Shown in pieces: positions 63,542 through 64,000 of a DNA stretch of 64,000 nucleotides. The notes beneath the pieces were generated by a model. The model had not been told where the DNA came from. It saw only the letters and a program-made list of their open reading frames with translations, and searched no databases. The translations under genes and the position numbers were made by a program. How positions within the stretch are numbered: the stretch's first letter is position 1; the number at the start of each line of letters is the position of its first letter. The DNA is taken from assembly GCA_963555755.3 (NCBI GenBank), contig OY820905.2, positions 416,001 through 480,000 on the forward strand. Reading direction: 5' to 3'. Source of the DNA: Nitrospirales bacterium. GTDB taxonomy: Bacteria; Nitrospirota; Nitrospiria; Nitrospirales; UBA8639.

Positions 63542-63701
63542 GGGTTCGTGCAAGAATAACTTTCCCTGTTTGGGTGCTGAGACACCTGTCTGGCAAGGCG
63601 TGAGGACTGCACATACTCTTCGGTATGGAAAGAACGAGCAACGCCGCCAGTCGGGTTGGATCGACACCCAAACAGGGGAAATTATTTTTGCGCGAGCCCT
63701 A
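63539..63701. repeat. MITE-like repeat family C, copy 3
   Basis: Homologous to 30531-30689; overlaps the TAA stop of the NHL gene. Confidence 0.85.
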
Positions 63702-63727
63702 TAAGCTCCGCACCGTGTGATAATCTT

Positions 63728-63761
63728 GGGCTTCCAATCTTGGGTGAGAGATTGGAAGCCC
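63728..63761. terminator. Stem-loop, probable intrinsic terminator
   Basis: GGGCTTCCAATC-N10-GATTGGAAGCCC followed by TTTT. Confidence 0.55.
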
Positions 63762-64000
63762 TTTTCATAGGACCCTTGTCTAGTCCTGAGCTCATCATCG
63801 ATTTTTTCATGAATTCCTGGTATGGTGCCTGATGGGTGTTTCCTCACATGTTTCCGTCTGAATTTCTTGAGGATTTCAAAATTTTTTTCTGGCCTGGAAC
63901 CATGTTTCATACTCCTCACACATCACTAGCTAGAAAAGGTTGACGACGATGGGGCTTTGGGATCGAACGCGAATTGGACTGACCTTCGATGATGTGGTGC

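Noticed and set aside
63365..63919. 184-aa minus-strand ORF
   Set aside because: It runs through a terminator hairpin, a family-C repeat and the antisense of the NHL gene; at most its first part could be a small gene.

Overview
Bacterial chromosomal window; gene content and repeat style suggest Nitrospirota (inference, not verified). The first ~18.5 kb is a decaying, IS-riddled integrative island. It holds a restriction-like defence operon (SNF2 helicase-DUF3883 nuclease, DUF1156 DNA methyltransferase, DUF499 ATPase) followed by a nucleoside-deoxyribosyltransferase/TIR-like putative effector, two divergent ribbon-helix-helix genes and a truncated tyrosine integrase. IS630, a DUF4338-carrying IS66 and nested IS1595 elements have inserted into it. 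The rest is mostly core genome (cinA-thpR-recA-alaS, mltG, ridA, valS-nadC-birA-coaX, grpE-dnaK-dnaJ-rsmE). Accessory islets in it include an orphan integron cassette with attC, a MntA/HepT toxin-antitoxin pair, IS30/IS91 relics, a DUF4338-ISAs1 element and four families of 120-180 bp MITE-like palindromic repeats. Poorly characterised loci include a CCAEP-tail radical SAM + ATP-grasp pair, an IPT/TIG + YCF48-like pair and a large FN3/NHL protein. Family assignments come from motif recognition only; no searches were run. Two tandem IS duplications may be assembly artefacts.
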